A stretch of 64,000 nt of DNA from NCBI GenBank assembly GCA_039545335.1, contig BCIN01000007.1:1108530-1172529 (forward strand). The letters are read 5' to 3'. Position 1 is the stretch's first letter, and each line of letters starts with the position of its first letter. This document shows positions 1-12,994 of the stretch, piece after piece. The notes beneath the pieces are model-generated. The model did no database searches and was not told where the DNA came from. It was given only the letters and a program-made list of their open reading frames with translations. A program made the position numbers and the translations under genes. The DNA comes from Kondoa subrosea (Eukaryota).

Positions 1-149
1 TGTCTTTGATAGTCGGACAGAGGACAGAACTTTATAGCAATTGCTGAGGTGCGTCTTCTAATCCACTTACTCCTTAGCTGTGATGGCCTCAGGACGGGGA
101 CGACTTTCAAAAGATGGTTGAGAACGGGAAAGCACGCAAAGGCATGTGA
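1..149 (+). CDS. Possible 3' end of a gene entering from the left edge (product unknown)
   Basis: An open frame ...SDRGQNFIAIAE, a GTGCGT...CTCAG intron, then DGDDFQKMVENGKARKGM with TGA at 147-149. No recognisable motif. Confidence 0.3.
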
Positions 150-290
150 GTTGACCTAATCAATTTGACGGCGGGAGTCGGAGACGGCACGGGGAAGCAT
201 TTGAAGATCACAACGCATTGAAATGAACTAACGAAATCTAAACCTGCATACATACACGCGAAAACATAAAAGGATGCCCTGGTAGTTGCT

Positions 291-3200
291 CTATTTGTCA
301 TTCCTCGACCTCATGCTCGAAAAAGGTGTCGCTCCAGGCGTAGGACTGACAGCTCTTTCGAACTTGTCTCTCTGTTTCCAAACATCAGTATGAAGCGTGT
401 ACACATTGAACTGGACATGCTGACCTTATCGAAAATTGACAACGACTTTCGAGGTTTGGCCTTCCTCGACAATGAAGCATCGTTGCTGGCCTTGATGACT
501 CTTAGTGAAGGAGATGACGGTGGTGCGAGGGGCACATTCTCATCATTGGCTTGATGTTCATGCAGGTGATGGTGACTAAGAATGCCAATCAGCCATGACC
601 ATTGTTCTCCCTTGGTATGACATACTGATGAGTCCTCTTCTTGTTAGCCAGTGAACCAACATCATGTTTCTCGCAGCAGATCCTGACCTAAACCAACAAA
701 GTGAGTAAATCACTCCCGCAGTCGCAATGGAAATGCTCACATTGTCAAGATCGTCATAACCATCTCCGCCAGCAGTGTCCATACTGATATCATTCGCATC
801 AACCATTTCCAAACTTTCATCACCCAAGAAATTATCTCCAGATTCTGATCGATAAGTTCTAATACTTCTCGGACTACCGTAATTAGCTGCATTGTCCAGA
901 TATTCAGAAGCTGGTGTTCCGCTTCGTTTGTTATGGAAGGTATTGGTCGAAAGTCGACTTCGAGGTCGACGCATATTGAGGCGAGATTCCGAAGCAGAAG
1001 CGTTAGCGTAAAGTGGTTTGCTTGATCTACCGACTGTAGGTGTTGAGAATTTGCGGCGATGTTCACGAACTGTACCGCCGTGTTCAGGACTGGCTAATTC
1101 TACTATCGATTGAGAGCGAGGAGAATCATTCTTGATTGATGCTGCATCTCCTTGCGGCCGGGCTAGAAGATACTTGATGGCCTAAAGAGAGCTCTATTAG
1201 CCTAGTCAAGGTCCATATGATTTGAACATCTCTTACGCTATACCACATGTCATGTCTTTCGCGAGTCGGCGCAGTAATCTTGATCTCTCGATTCCTTGTC
1301 TGCACCATCAAGCTATGTTGAGATAGACCAGGAGGGAAAGAGTTGTTATCTATCACTTGGCGAACACCCTCAATGAAGACTGCGCAAATCGCGTCAGCAT
1401 GGCAGCACAGAATTGGGCCAAAAATGCTTGAATACGTACTGCTCTTTGAATTGGACTGGTTGACATTCTGCGCTCCTGGATCCTCTTCACCCCAGTATAG
1501 AGTCTTGGTATAAGGATGCATCCAGAAGAAACGCTTATGCCTGTTCTCTGAAATATTCTTGCCAAACTTGGATCGAGTGTATTTGAACAAGAACTCGCCA
1601 ATCATAGTTTGAGTTATTGCGTGAATGACTGCTGGATCGGTAGACTGGCCGGGCAAGCCAGTGTCGTTATGGGGTCGATCTGCAGGTAACCCGTCTTCTC
1701 GAAGACCAGTATCGCTTGTCGCTGTAGAATCGTACGATTGCTGCCGAGAATGTCCACTTTCCACACTAGATACCACTGAGGCAGCTGAGGATCCTCGTGG
1801 CCCTGTCCGACGCGAGCGAGCTGTACCAAACTCGGTGACGTTGTTGCGCAGATTCTGAGTAGACAGAGCGGTTCGAGGTGCATTCGACTTTCGCGATTCA
1901 AAGGCACTTGCAGGCATACTTGCACCCTGCTGGCGTACAGCTGATGCACGAGGCTTGAGATAATTCGATGTATCAGCAGAACTGTCCATCAATTCGTGTA
2001 TCGGGGTTTGGGCTCGTTGCAGTAGATCAGGAGGTGGCGGTGAGCTAGGACGAGGAGGTCTTTTGACTGTGCTGGCAGCAGAAGTAGGCGCATTAATGGA
2101 TTTACGAGGTGTAAGATGCTTCGGAGGAGGCATAGACGGAGGCGGCGGCATAGCAATGACAGGAGGTCTGCTCTTGTCAGGTGCAGACGCTTGAAGGACA
2201 GGCAGAGTATTATTCGATGCTGTTGTCGATTGACTAAGCGTTGACATGCTTGAATCCGGTCGCATAGTAGTTGACTCTGGTGATAGGGATCTGCTGCCAA
2301 CAGTCTGGATATAGGTAGGACCGGCTTGAATTGGTGGAGGAAGATTTGCATAGGCTACACTTTCATCTTGGGCGCCGAAAGTAAGGGCCGACGCGTTGGA
2401 AGCTCTTCGAGGCGGTCCAGTATCTCGAGGCCCGGTAGCGTATCTATTGGCAATAGGAAGAGAAGAAGGATCAGGAAGAGGAGGATCTGTTTGGATGCCC
2501 ATATCGATGACAATGGCTTTCTTAGTTTCCATTAGGGACATCATGCTGCGGCGATATTTGCTCTTTGGACCAGCATATGGCTGCTTCTGTTCCAATACTT
2601 CTTCTTGTGCATCTCCGTAGATACTTGGTGTTTCGCGGACAGAGTAGAAATCATGCACAGAACCGGAAGGAGTCATATCGACTGAAGGCGTTCGAGCACC
2701 AATTGTTTCGCGAGCGTCCTCAAAGTCTCCTTCAGTCTCTGTACCGAATCCGATGGTCTCGGCATCAGAATTGTCCCCATCTTGAGTCGGATGCTTTCGC
2801 AATCCTTCAAGGTCAGCAAGTCGGGCAGACTCTTGTGTTCCTCTTCGCTCGTTGCGTTTCTTGGTACTTCTACGGCGAATGGCACTTGGCGTCGATCCAG
2901 CTGCAGTGACAATGGTTTCGGCAGAAGAAGAGGAGGCCAATACAGGCATAGGCGGAAGTAAAGATCTCGCTTGAGCTAGACGTTCTGTTTGCACTTGCAT
3001 TTCAGACACTTGCTTTACTGATAGTGTATCGGTAGCTGTGGAGGCGTGAGAAAGATCCTTAATCTGTGATTTACGTCAGCCTTGTTCGATAGTCACTCCT
3101 TTCAGACCTACAGGTAGAGGAGCTTCGATATAAACAATTCGTGGCTCAGGCTCCGGAACAGCTTCGGTCTGAATAGCGAAGTCGCTCGTCGGTACAGGTG

Positions 3201-5986
3201 TTGGTAGAGGAGCTTCCTTTTCAACGTATACAATTTGAGGTTCCGGTGCAGGTTGCTGAACATAAACGATTTCTGGCTTTGGTGCAGGTAGCTCGACAGT
3301 CTTCTCGACAATCTTGTCAACGTAGACGATCTTTGGTTCCGGTGCCGGCTGTTCTACCACCTTCTCCACGATCTTATCGACGTAAACGATCTTGGGCTCT
3401 TGCTCAACAAGTTTCTCGACTACTTTATCCACGTAGATTGTTTGTGGTTCAGGTGCAGATTGATGAATGAGTTTCTCGACAATCTTGTCAACGTAAACGA
3501 TTTGCGGCTCAGACTGAACAAGTTTTTCTACGATCTTGTCAACATAAACAGTCTGAGGTTCAGGTGTGACAATCTTCTCCACAATTTTGTCGACATAGAC
3601 TGTCTGAGGTTCTGGTGCAGGTAATTGAACCAATTTCTCAACAATCTTGTCGACGTAGACTACTTTGGGTTCAGGTGCCGGTAATTGGACATATTCAATG
3701 CGAGGTTCAACTTCCGGTAATGGATCTGTCTGTACTGATACTTCAGAAGTAGGAGTAGGTGCGTTGGTTTGCGTTGCGAAGTGCGATACTGCAATTGGAT
3801 CTGGCATAGCTTGAACAGACATATCGATTAAGGAGGGCGAGAAAGCTTCTACGCCCATATCCCGAAGTTCGGGCTTTGTTTCGATATCTTTGAGATGATC
3901 AACGGAACCGCTAGCAAACATGCCAGAGCTAGGTCGAGTTGCTTTGTACAGAGAGCCATCCGAAGGCTTGCGTTGCAAAGTTTGACCAAGACCTATGAGA
4001 GAAGAACGTTTCGAGTCAAAGCCCGAAAGACCCGTCCCAGAATTATCCATGCTTAAATTGGCGAAAGCAGGATCGATGCCTTCCATACTTGCAAGACTAG
4101 CTGTCATACGAGTTTGAGGTCTTCCACCAGAGATATTAGCAGGAAGAGGTGCTAGTTCTTCAAGCTCGTCTTCGTCTTCTGCAGCATCTTCTCCATGATC
4201 AATCATTGACGAATCAGCTTCTGCAGCTTCATCTTCAGATCCGCTTTCGCCAGCAGCAATCGATGATTTGCCCAAGCGACTTCGCACACCTCCAGTGAAA
4301 GCACCACGTCGACCTCTTCTTGCGCCTCTACCTCTTGTAGCGTTCCGAACGGGTGAAGGATCTTCTTCATCACTTTGAATTTGACCAGCATCTTCCCATT
4401 GGGTTGAGGTATCACCAGAGAGTCTCCTTTCCTTCTCTCTAGCCAAAGCATTGCGTAAAGTAGTGATAGTCTTCTTCGAGTGAGCTAGAGCGGTTCTCAG
4501 AGCTTGGGCTTCCATTTGATCTTCGTTGCCTAGACGAATACCGCGTTGAACAGCAGGAGTTCCTTCAGGTGTAGGAGTTTCGCCGTCGCTGAAAAGACCA
4601 TTCGGATCCAAGAAGTTCAGACCCTCGCCAGTCTTGCGTCTGCTAGAAGCACCACCGCTGAAAATATCCGCATCAGACTCTTCCTCCGTATCTTCTTCTT
4701 GCAAGTCCTCTTGGTCGAGTTGGTTGACTAAACCACTCTTGCTTCTCGCAACATTCCCACTCAAACTTCTTCTCGCGACTGATTTAGCCAGTTCTCCTTT
4801 AGTCACTTCGAGCGTAGATTGTAGATCACTCTTTTCTCTTTGTAGACCGGCCATTCCACGACGCATTTCAGCTAAATCCAATTCTTTCTTTGCAATAACG
4901 GCTTCAACAGAATTGTTGAGTCGTTCAATTTCAAGTCTTTGCGATTCAGTTTCGGTACGTAAGGAAGCTAGTTGCTTGGTTGTTCGAAGTCGTTCTGCTT
5001 CAGCCTTGGAATAGGAAGTTGACATCTCGTTGTGTGCCGCTCTGATTTCTTGTAACGAGACTTCAAGGTTCCAATTCTCTTCTTTGTATTTCTCTATTTC
5101 CATCGAACATCAGCATGTGATTCACCTCTCGAGAAAAAGAATACGGACCGACTGATTCCTCTGTACTTCGAACCGCTATATCCTTTTCATCGATTGAAGT
5201 GGCCAGAGTATCTCTTTCTCGACTGAGATCTGCGATCTGTTGATCTCTTTCGATCATTAACGCTTGCAGTCTTCGGACTTCGCCAAGTAGAGATTGTCCG
5301 ATTTCGGTTGCAAATTCGATATCGTTTGTTCGAGAAGCTGCGTTGTCTCTTCTTGTTCTACGCGATGCTTGTGAGGAAGACATATTGCTTTCATCGGCGA
5401 ATGAAGAGTCTTGTGATAGCTGTGTACACCGATCGAACAAATTAGCGCAAAGCTGGCACTACGCGTCGAGACAACGCACATCTGCCTTCATTTCCGGCGC
5501 GGCCGGTTCTTTCGCTCCAATCTCACGATAAAGCGATTCATTGCCTTGATCCCAAACTAGCATTTCTTTCTCAAGGGCTTCTAGTTTCTTCCTCACTTCT
5601 TCTCCCAAAGCCGAAGGAGCTTCCACTTCATGATCGCTCTCCGCTCCATAAATATTGTTCCTGCTTCTTTCTCGAGGTAAACGAGTTGCTTGATCTTCCA
5701 ATTCTCTGATCTTGGTCTCTAGTTCGGCTTGTTGATGTAAAAGGTTTTCGCCTAATCGGCCGGCGAGCTGGATCTCATTGGATTTGGCTACAAGTAGCGT
5801 TTCTAAACGGTTCAGAAGTGTGGAAGGAGTAATATTGCCGCCATTGGTAGTAGTTGTAGGTTCTTGAGTTATTTGAGGTGATGTTGCGATAGAAGTATTA
5901 TGTTGTGACCGTAATGAGCTGTTGGATGGATTAGCTTTCATTCGAGGCGCCAATGGGCGCGTAGAAGTAGCTAAGAAAGGATCCAT
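291..5986 (-). CDS. NUM1: Num1/ApsA/Mcp5-like cortical dynein anchor (nuclear migration protein), multi-exon
   Basis: N-terminal coiled coil (NDIEFATEIGQSLLGEVRRLQ). C-terminal Mcp5-type PH domain (IHAITQTMIGEFLFKYTR...RHKRFFWMHPYTKTLYW). Spliced family motif LDN|VRICCEKHDVGSL. Introns join ORFs 5459-5986, 5063-5440, 3076-5103, 1126-3009 and 576-974; TAG at 291-293. Confidence 0.88.
3130..3710 (-). repeat. Coding tandem repeat inside NUM1, ~17-20 aa unit PEP(K/Q)xVYVDKIVEKxV
   Basis: Seven full YVDK(I/V)VEK copies plus degenerate flanking copies in ORF 3076-5103. The units differ at synonymous positions. Confidence 0.92.
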
Positions 5987-6389
5987 ATTTGAGGATCAAA
6001 GCACAGAAGTCGTTCGACAGGCTGATGAAAGGCGTCTATAGAGCCTTATACAGGGCAGGCTACTTGACAGCTATGCCAAAATGCAGTCCTAGCGCGGATA
6101 GAGCGCGATAAAGCTGAAGTAAATTCCTCCAAGCACTTGTTGTTTGTTTTCGTAGGTGAATCTCTTAGACCCGAGTGAGCTGCATTCGTGGTCGTGCAGA
6201 GCGCGCAGAACAATGGCACAGAGGGTATAGGCAAGCGCTCGCGAGTGACTTACGTCGTTCCGAATCAGCTTCGACGTTTTGAAATCGCGAAGACCACATA
6301 TGCCACATTCAAATTTCAAAGCACAGTACATGCTCTCCTGACTTCTCAGTAGCTATACGACGATGCGTGCATTGTACTATCACTTGCAT

Positions 6390-8140
6390 TCAGATCCTCT
6401 TCTTCAACGACGGTTCTTGCTTCATTCGAGCGAAAGCTGCACTTGCTGTCGCTGCTACTAATGCGCTTGACCATAAGATCCCGGGCTTGAGAAAAGGTCG
6501 TCTGGCAGTGTCGTCGATCAGGAAAGCCCCAAGAGCTGGGCCCAATAGTGGTGCCGGAGTGCAGACGAGAATACTAACACCCAGAACATTGCTTTCGACA
6601 ATGTCAGCCAGTTGCAGAGATATCAAGAGGACAGCATACCCTCGATCAGATGGTGTAGCAGCTCGCAGAATAGCAGCATCTGCAAGATTGTTCAGCGCGC
6701 CAGACCCTAATCCCCAGAGCACAGTGAAGACAAGAGCAGTCTTGCTGTCGTGTATCGGTAGAAAACTTCCCCCTTTGATCCGATAAGCGCATTCTCTCTG
6801 AGCAGGAGTTACGCACAAGCAAACGCTGTACAGATAGTCAAAGACATCACTAAAGTATCGAGAAGACCACTTCCATCACTGATCCAGCCTATAGCGAGTC
6901 TAAGAAGATACTTCAGTAGTAATCTACTGCCAAAAAATATGCGTACCGGGATATGATGGCACAGACTTGAGAAATGACCCAAAGCTACATAAACTGTGAG
7001 TGCGAAGATAAGTTGCTCACAAGAACACCAACGTAATCACGTATCTGTCTGAGGTCTCAGAATTATACAAGTAGCAGGTATGGAAGGCTCACTGCAGTAT
7101 GCGACACTCGATCGGCCAGCGTTTCAAACCAGACAGCAAATCCCCATACAGCAGACATCAAGAAGAGCTTTGTCAAGCTTAAGCCAAGCATGCAAGGATC
7201 TGCAAGGCATCTGAGACGTGGGATTGCATCCTTAATATTTCCTTTTACGCGCTTCCTCTCTTTCGGTTTGAGAAAGTAAGTTGCCAGAATGAGTTGTGGG
7301 ATGAGTGTAAAGCCAATAATTCTGTTCCGCCAACTCGCACTGACTTGATTCAGCTGATGATACAAAATAGTATAGATAAGCTAATACGGGATTTAGCTCG
7401 CTAGTGGAACGGAAGGCTATCTTACACATCCAATGTGCAAGCCAGATCCGACTATTGATAGGATTAAGCCACCACGTTTCTCGTAATAGGCTTGCGGAAC
7501 AACGAAAGCTGGGACGACGAGTAGAGCTAGCATCGATAGACAGTGAGTTTCGAGTTTGAATCAAATATGTCAACGAAAACCAACCCATAGCTATTCCTGT
7601 AGTATTACAAATACGATGAATCATACTCCAACGATCAAGAGAGGATTAGCAAACCTTGAACTACTCCTTGTGCTAGAAATATATGCCATAATGCAGTGCA
7701 CCACGAAAGCAGGAGAAAAGAGCCAACCATGAGAAATGAACCCAGCACAAGCAGAGGCGTCGGACCAAAGGAAGCCATTGCAGCGCCAACGGGAGCGCAG
7801 CAGACATCGGTCGTCGCTATATTGACACCTGCGATGAAACTCTGTCCTCAAAATTAGACGCTGTAATGGGCTTTTCGATGAGGCTCACCAGCTCGGCATA
7901 TGAGTAAGAAGGGAAATCCGTCACGTAGTCAGCTAACCATACGCCGATTGACATCTGAAATGAATTGCTGCACGAGAACAGAATTGTGGAAGCAAGCAAG
8001 ACAGAAATCTTTTGGGAGGTTAAAGGTCTGTCAGCAAGATCAGCAGATTCCACCACTACATCTGTAGCACCTGACAAGTCTGGAAGCGATTCCAGCTCGT
8101 TAGATTCTTTATGCTGTTCCTCTTTCTGACTTGGAGACAT
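6390..8140 (-). CDS. MFS transporter, monocarboxylate-permease (MCT/Mch)-like, multi-exon
   Basis: Spliced hydrophobic helices EL|SFIAGVNIA and LLSWCTALWHIFLAQGVVQG|IAM; C-terminus PLLGPALGAFL...ARMKQEPSLKKRI. Confidence 0.75.
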
Positions 8141-8551
8141 CCCTATCGGAGGCGTACAGGTCAGGAAAGTGACAAGAAGACCAACAGGAAGCAGGCGGGA
8201 AACGACAGAGAGTCAAAAAGAAAACGTATAAAAGACATGCATACAAACGTCAACTTGAAAGGTCAGAAGAACATGTACACATGTAAGAGCTCTGCTCAAT
8301 GGCAAGCGGTGCGCTTGGTTGTGAAGACACTCTTGCATATAATGGTGCAATGAACGGTATTTTCAGAGGGCACAGTGACGGTCAAGAGCAAGGGAGATCT
8401 TGAGAACTATATATGCAAAGACGGATCGTTCTATTGGATAGCTTCCCAAAACATTAATTCAGTCACTCTCCCTTGTCCAGCGCTTGAAATCCTTCCACGG
8501 ATATTGTGAAATTGAGGACCCATTTAAGAAGACAACTCAATAAGTCGGTCT

Positions 8552-10213
8552 TCATATCAGGTGATACTGAGCGTGTTTCTTCACGCAGCTGTATCTCGCA
8601 CAGTCAGTATCAAAGATTTCACGCAGGAATGCACATCTCTCACCTCATGACTAATTCAGCATCTGCTTTAGGTGCAACTTTGTAGCCTTTCGCTTCAGCC
8701 CATTCTCTAACCACTTCGAGATAGTCAGTACTGTGGAAATACATTAGTCTTGCCTGTTGTACGAAAGAAGTAGCGACCAACATTATCCCATCTACTCCCC
8801 ACTCGTCGAGTTGCTCAATCGTGTTCAATCTGTTAACAGTCCAAGGCTAAGAAGGGAAACACCCAATCAGCTCAGCTTCCTGACTGAAGGTGAAATATGC
8901 CTGACTTTGACCAGCATTCCCAATTCATGAGCTCGATTGATCATGCTCTGGTTGACGAAAGAGGTGTATCCAGGGTAAGAAGGATCTAAAGCTGTGGTAT
9001 TTCCGTTGTAGGCGATAGCAGAGGGAGAAAGGATGTCCTGTTCTCGGTACTTCAGCATCTGGTTTCGAGGACAGACAAGGAGATGCTCACAGCGTCGATT
9101 GAGTTAGCTGCTTCAGCCAGTTTCTCGCCAACGGTGGAGCCAGGGAAAGCTGCTAGGTCGAGGTTGAGCCAGGAAGAGTAGCCAGAAGTAGATTCCAAGT
9201 CTCCAATCTTGGCAAAGATGGTTGTATCGCTGATGGACAGTTAGCCTGTCTACCAGATGTGTTCCAGGAGTGATCCTCACTCAGCAAGAGCGGACTATAT
9301 AATAGTCTCGAAAGTCAGATTCTGGGATTGACATTTGATATCGGAGGACGTACTGTCCTCAACGCGGGCATAATCTTTTTCGCTTGTGCAATCGTTCGCC
9401 AGTCGAAAGACTGATAAGTGATTCGATCTACCAAGTCATAGTCTTTGAAGACTTTCAGTTGAGCGTTTACGAAATCTTCAGGTGATCTAGTATAATTAGG
9501 GAAAACAGGGTCGACTTTGGATTCGATGTCGAAAAAAACCTCTGATTTAGTGCATTGGACGAAATCAAAAAGCTCAGGCAAGGTGGAAATCTTGATTCCT
9601 GGTGCTTTGAGTTGCAGAGGGAAGCCTGAAAGTCGCAGAGAACCGCAATCCAATGTCTTGATCTGAGCTAAAGTGAGGTTGGCTACATACTGAAAGGCAA
9701 TCACTCGGCCAAATTAACGGAACGGATACATGCTATACTCACTTTGCCGACATATGGATAAAAAGGATCATTAGCGAAGGCGGGACCGGTATCTTTGCAC
9801 TGCTAAATACATCAGCGCCACGCCTGATGCCCTCGAATGAGATGCATCACCTTTGTTGCGTCGATACTCTCCTGCTCGGAGAATAAGAAAGATCATCTCA
9901 AATAACACACCACTCACATCGTGCCACACAATTGTATGGCCATCCTTTGTCAGGCCATTATCCAATTCAAGTGTGGTAGCTCCGTTCTGTCAGACCGCAT
10001 TTAGATAAGCCGACGAATGCCTTCAAGTAAAATACTCACCATCAAAGCCAAACCGAACGCAGGAATGACAGATTCGACGGATTCTCCTCTTGCTCCCCTG
10101 TGGCCTTGTACATCATAGTAACTTTCGTAAGCCCAACGTTTCTCGAGCTTATTGAAAGGAGAAGCGGAGACCGAGAGTGCGAGATAAATGACAGAGAAAG
10201 CGGCAGATAGCAT
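8552..10213 (-). CDS. Secreted glycerophosphodiester phosphodiesterase (GDPD, PLC-like)
   Basis: Signal-peptide-like N-terminus followed by KR. GDPD motifs DVQGHRGARG, LELDNGLTKDG, FDIESK, YQSFDWRT, PWTVNR and GVDGI. Confidence 0.88.
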
Positions 10214-10516
10214 GATGAACACGAGAGGAGATAGCAGAAGAAGAAGGGAAAGACAAAGAAGACTCTACTACAGCACGCCAAGCAACGTTTACAGGAGTGA
10301 CATTTCAGCTCTTTAGCCAGAAACAAGCCCAACGTTCTGTGTACAAGCATTTGAGGCAGCTCCGACGACGAATCCTCGAGACATGTACAAGTGGCAGACC
10401 AGATAGTCTTAGCTTTTGCAATTATGTAGGCATGGTCTTTTGGGAACAAGCACGCACTTTTCTTTGACTCAGACCCGCCGGCAAATTCTGTGTCGTTCTC
10501 TGTAGAGGAGTGCATA

Positions 10517-11261
10517 ATGTCTACATGTGGTCTTATTGGTAGCACAGGCTTGGTCGTCAGCGCTTTACCTCAGCCGATCTGTATCTTTCGCTGATTACCT
10601 AATACAGGGTGGTCATATCTTGGAGACTCTTTCGACCCTCGGAGGAATCTCCCAAGTCACTTCACTCTCTCGTCGAGCACCTTCGACATCCTCCTCTTCG
10701 CAAGTCTCTTGCTTGACTGAACCTGATACTTCCAAATGGCCTGAACGTCTTTCTTCGGTCTCTGCTTTTCCTACTATCTTCTTTTCAGCTCTGGGTACGA
10801 CGAAAGCTTCAGCTAGATCGATAGAGAAACAAAGAGCAATAGATTACGATCTGAATCTCGCTGCAGCCAAACAAGCCAAAGCATCAGGCAGCAAGGTTTT
10901 CGTCTTGATCTCTTCTGGAGGAGCCAACGCAACTTCTTTCATTCCTTATGCCAAGATGAAGGGACAATTGGAAGAAAGTGTCAAGGAATTAGGATTTGAT
11001 TCAACCATCATCCTTCGACCTGGATTGATCGTGGGAGCTAGGGAAGAGAAGAGACTAGCTGAGGGTCTTTTCAGGCAAATCGCTTCTGTAGCGGGAAGCG
11101 TTTCGAACCGTTTGACGGACTTCTGGGCCCAAGATGCTCAAGTGATTGCGAGAGCTGCTGTAAATGCCGGACTACAAGCAGAGAAGGGTGAACTGAAAGG
11201 CGTCCATATACTCGGGCAAGCGGACGTGGTTAGATTGGGCAGAACCGAATGGAAGTATTGA
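10517..11261 (+). CDS. FMP52: Fmp52/HTATIP2(CC3)-like NAD(P)-binding SDR protein
   Basis: MSTCGLIGSTGLV|GGHIL (Rossmann motif split by one intron), FFSALGTT, IDYDLNL, YAKMKGQLE, ILRPGLIVG. Confidence 0.85.
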
Positions 11262-12242
11262 AGGTATACGAGGGAAAGCAAGTTCAAGAGAGCTTCAGTC
11301 GAGAATACTCTCAGCAAGAATGTATCATGCCAGAGAGGTTAGTTCGGGTCTTGTGCTGCTCGTCTAGTATACGTCTCAAGCTTTTGACCTCTTATCGGGC
11401 AGCGGAGCCGAATCATCTATACCAATGTACAATACCGCTCAATGATTATTTGCATGATCAGATCATTTCAAGCTATCAAAGCGCTGGTGTGTGTCTCTAT
11501 CTCTGAGCTTGAAGTGTACAACATTTTGCCTCTTCTGCCTCTGCTTCTCAATCACAAAAATGCTGTTCATGCCTGTCTTGATTTTGGTTTCATGCTCAAC
11601 TTTGTATTCTCCTCCGTAAATGGAACGGTAGTCTACCTCCTACTCATTGTCTACTTGCTTCAGCGTTCGTCCTTCGAACTTAATACTCATATAACTTGAG
11701 CAGACTTGCATGAACAGTCGCACTCGGAACGTTGCTGAAACGAGATGAACCGACAGAAGAAACAGTTCGATGCTCGGAAAAGCTACGGCAGTCAACAGCT
11801 GTAACAAAGCGAATGAAATGGAAAGACAGTTTCACTGTCCTATATGCTTCATGGAAAGTGCTCCTGTGACATCGGGAAAGCATTCGATATGCTAGTTCGC
11901 GCGTAAAAGGAGCTTCTCAGATGACGATATACGTTGTCTAGACAGCTGACCAGTACATACTTCGCCCCATTCAATTGTTTATGCCAACTCCGCGCTGCTT
12001 CTTTTTTCAACCCACCACAATTTGCGCTGTGACCAGTTTCAAGTCCACCAAAAACTGATGATTAGCAACAGAGTGCACGTTTGCATCTTGCTCTGTTTGC
12101 TGTTCTCCAGCAATTCCCAACATTTCTGAACAACCCTCCGAAGCAAAGTTCTCACCTAGTCCGCTTACCCGACTGCTGCGTTGACGGACCGTAGATCTAC
12201 CTATTCAACTTTCTCTGTCTGCTCTTTCTTTACTCAAGAACG

Positions 12243-12994
12243 ATGACAAGCGAGTCTACAATTCAAAGCGAAAGCTATACCTCGTTTGCTGAACTCTTGA
12301 CGGACGACTGCGTTCCGATTCAGCACCTGGAGGAATTGCCAAAGGTATGTAAAGCTTCTCTCGTATGCTCGATACCATACTCATTCTCTCTCTGTAGCAG
12401 AATGAAAGTCTTCTAAGTAGGCTACTCATGCGGCCTTCACCTTCGACAAAGGGCTCTTCCTCTTCCGGCTTACAACGTTGGTTGGACAGTGAATCTCCAA
12501 TGCCGAGTCCGACCTTATCAACTCAGTCTTCACCTACTCCAGTCCTTGAACCAATTTCATCACATGATTCATTCTTCTCACTCATTTCTCGGCCTTCTTC
12601 ACCTATCAAACAATCATCTCGTCCTACTATTCGACCAATCTATTCGTCTCCTGCCGTACCTAAACGCAAACTCAAGCCGAACGTAACCGATTTTCAATCA
12701 AACCCGTTACAACCCCGCAATCTGATCAATTCACAACCGCGAACGGTTTCTATGCCTACTTTAGCGAGAAGAGCGAGTACGAGAGGAAGTACAAGTCAAA
12801 GAATGTCAAGTGAATCAGTTCAATTACGTTTCGACGCGAAATCATCCACTTCATCAGCAGGAGGAGGAGGAAGGAAAAGAAGAGCCAACACCCTGGAAAT
12901 GGATGCTCAAGGTTTATTAGGTGGATTGAAAAGGAGCGGAAGCGTTATCAGCCGACCTTCGAGCAGACCTTCTTCCAGAGGTCCAGTGGCATGA
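12243..12994 (+). CDS. Hypothetical Ser/Pro/Arg-rich disordered protein, 2 exons
   Basis: ATG at 12243 and a GTATGT...CAG intron joining in frame to ORF 12428-12994. No domain recognised. Confidence 0.6.
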
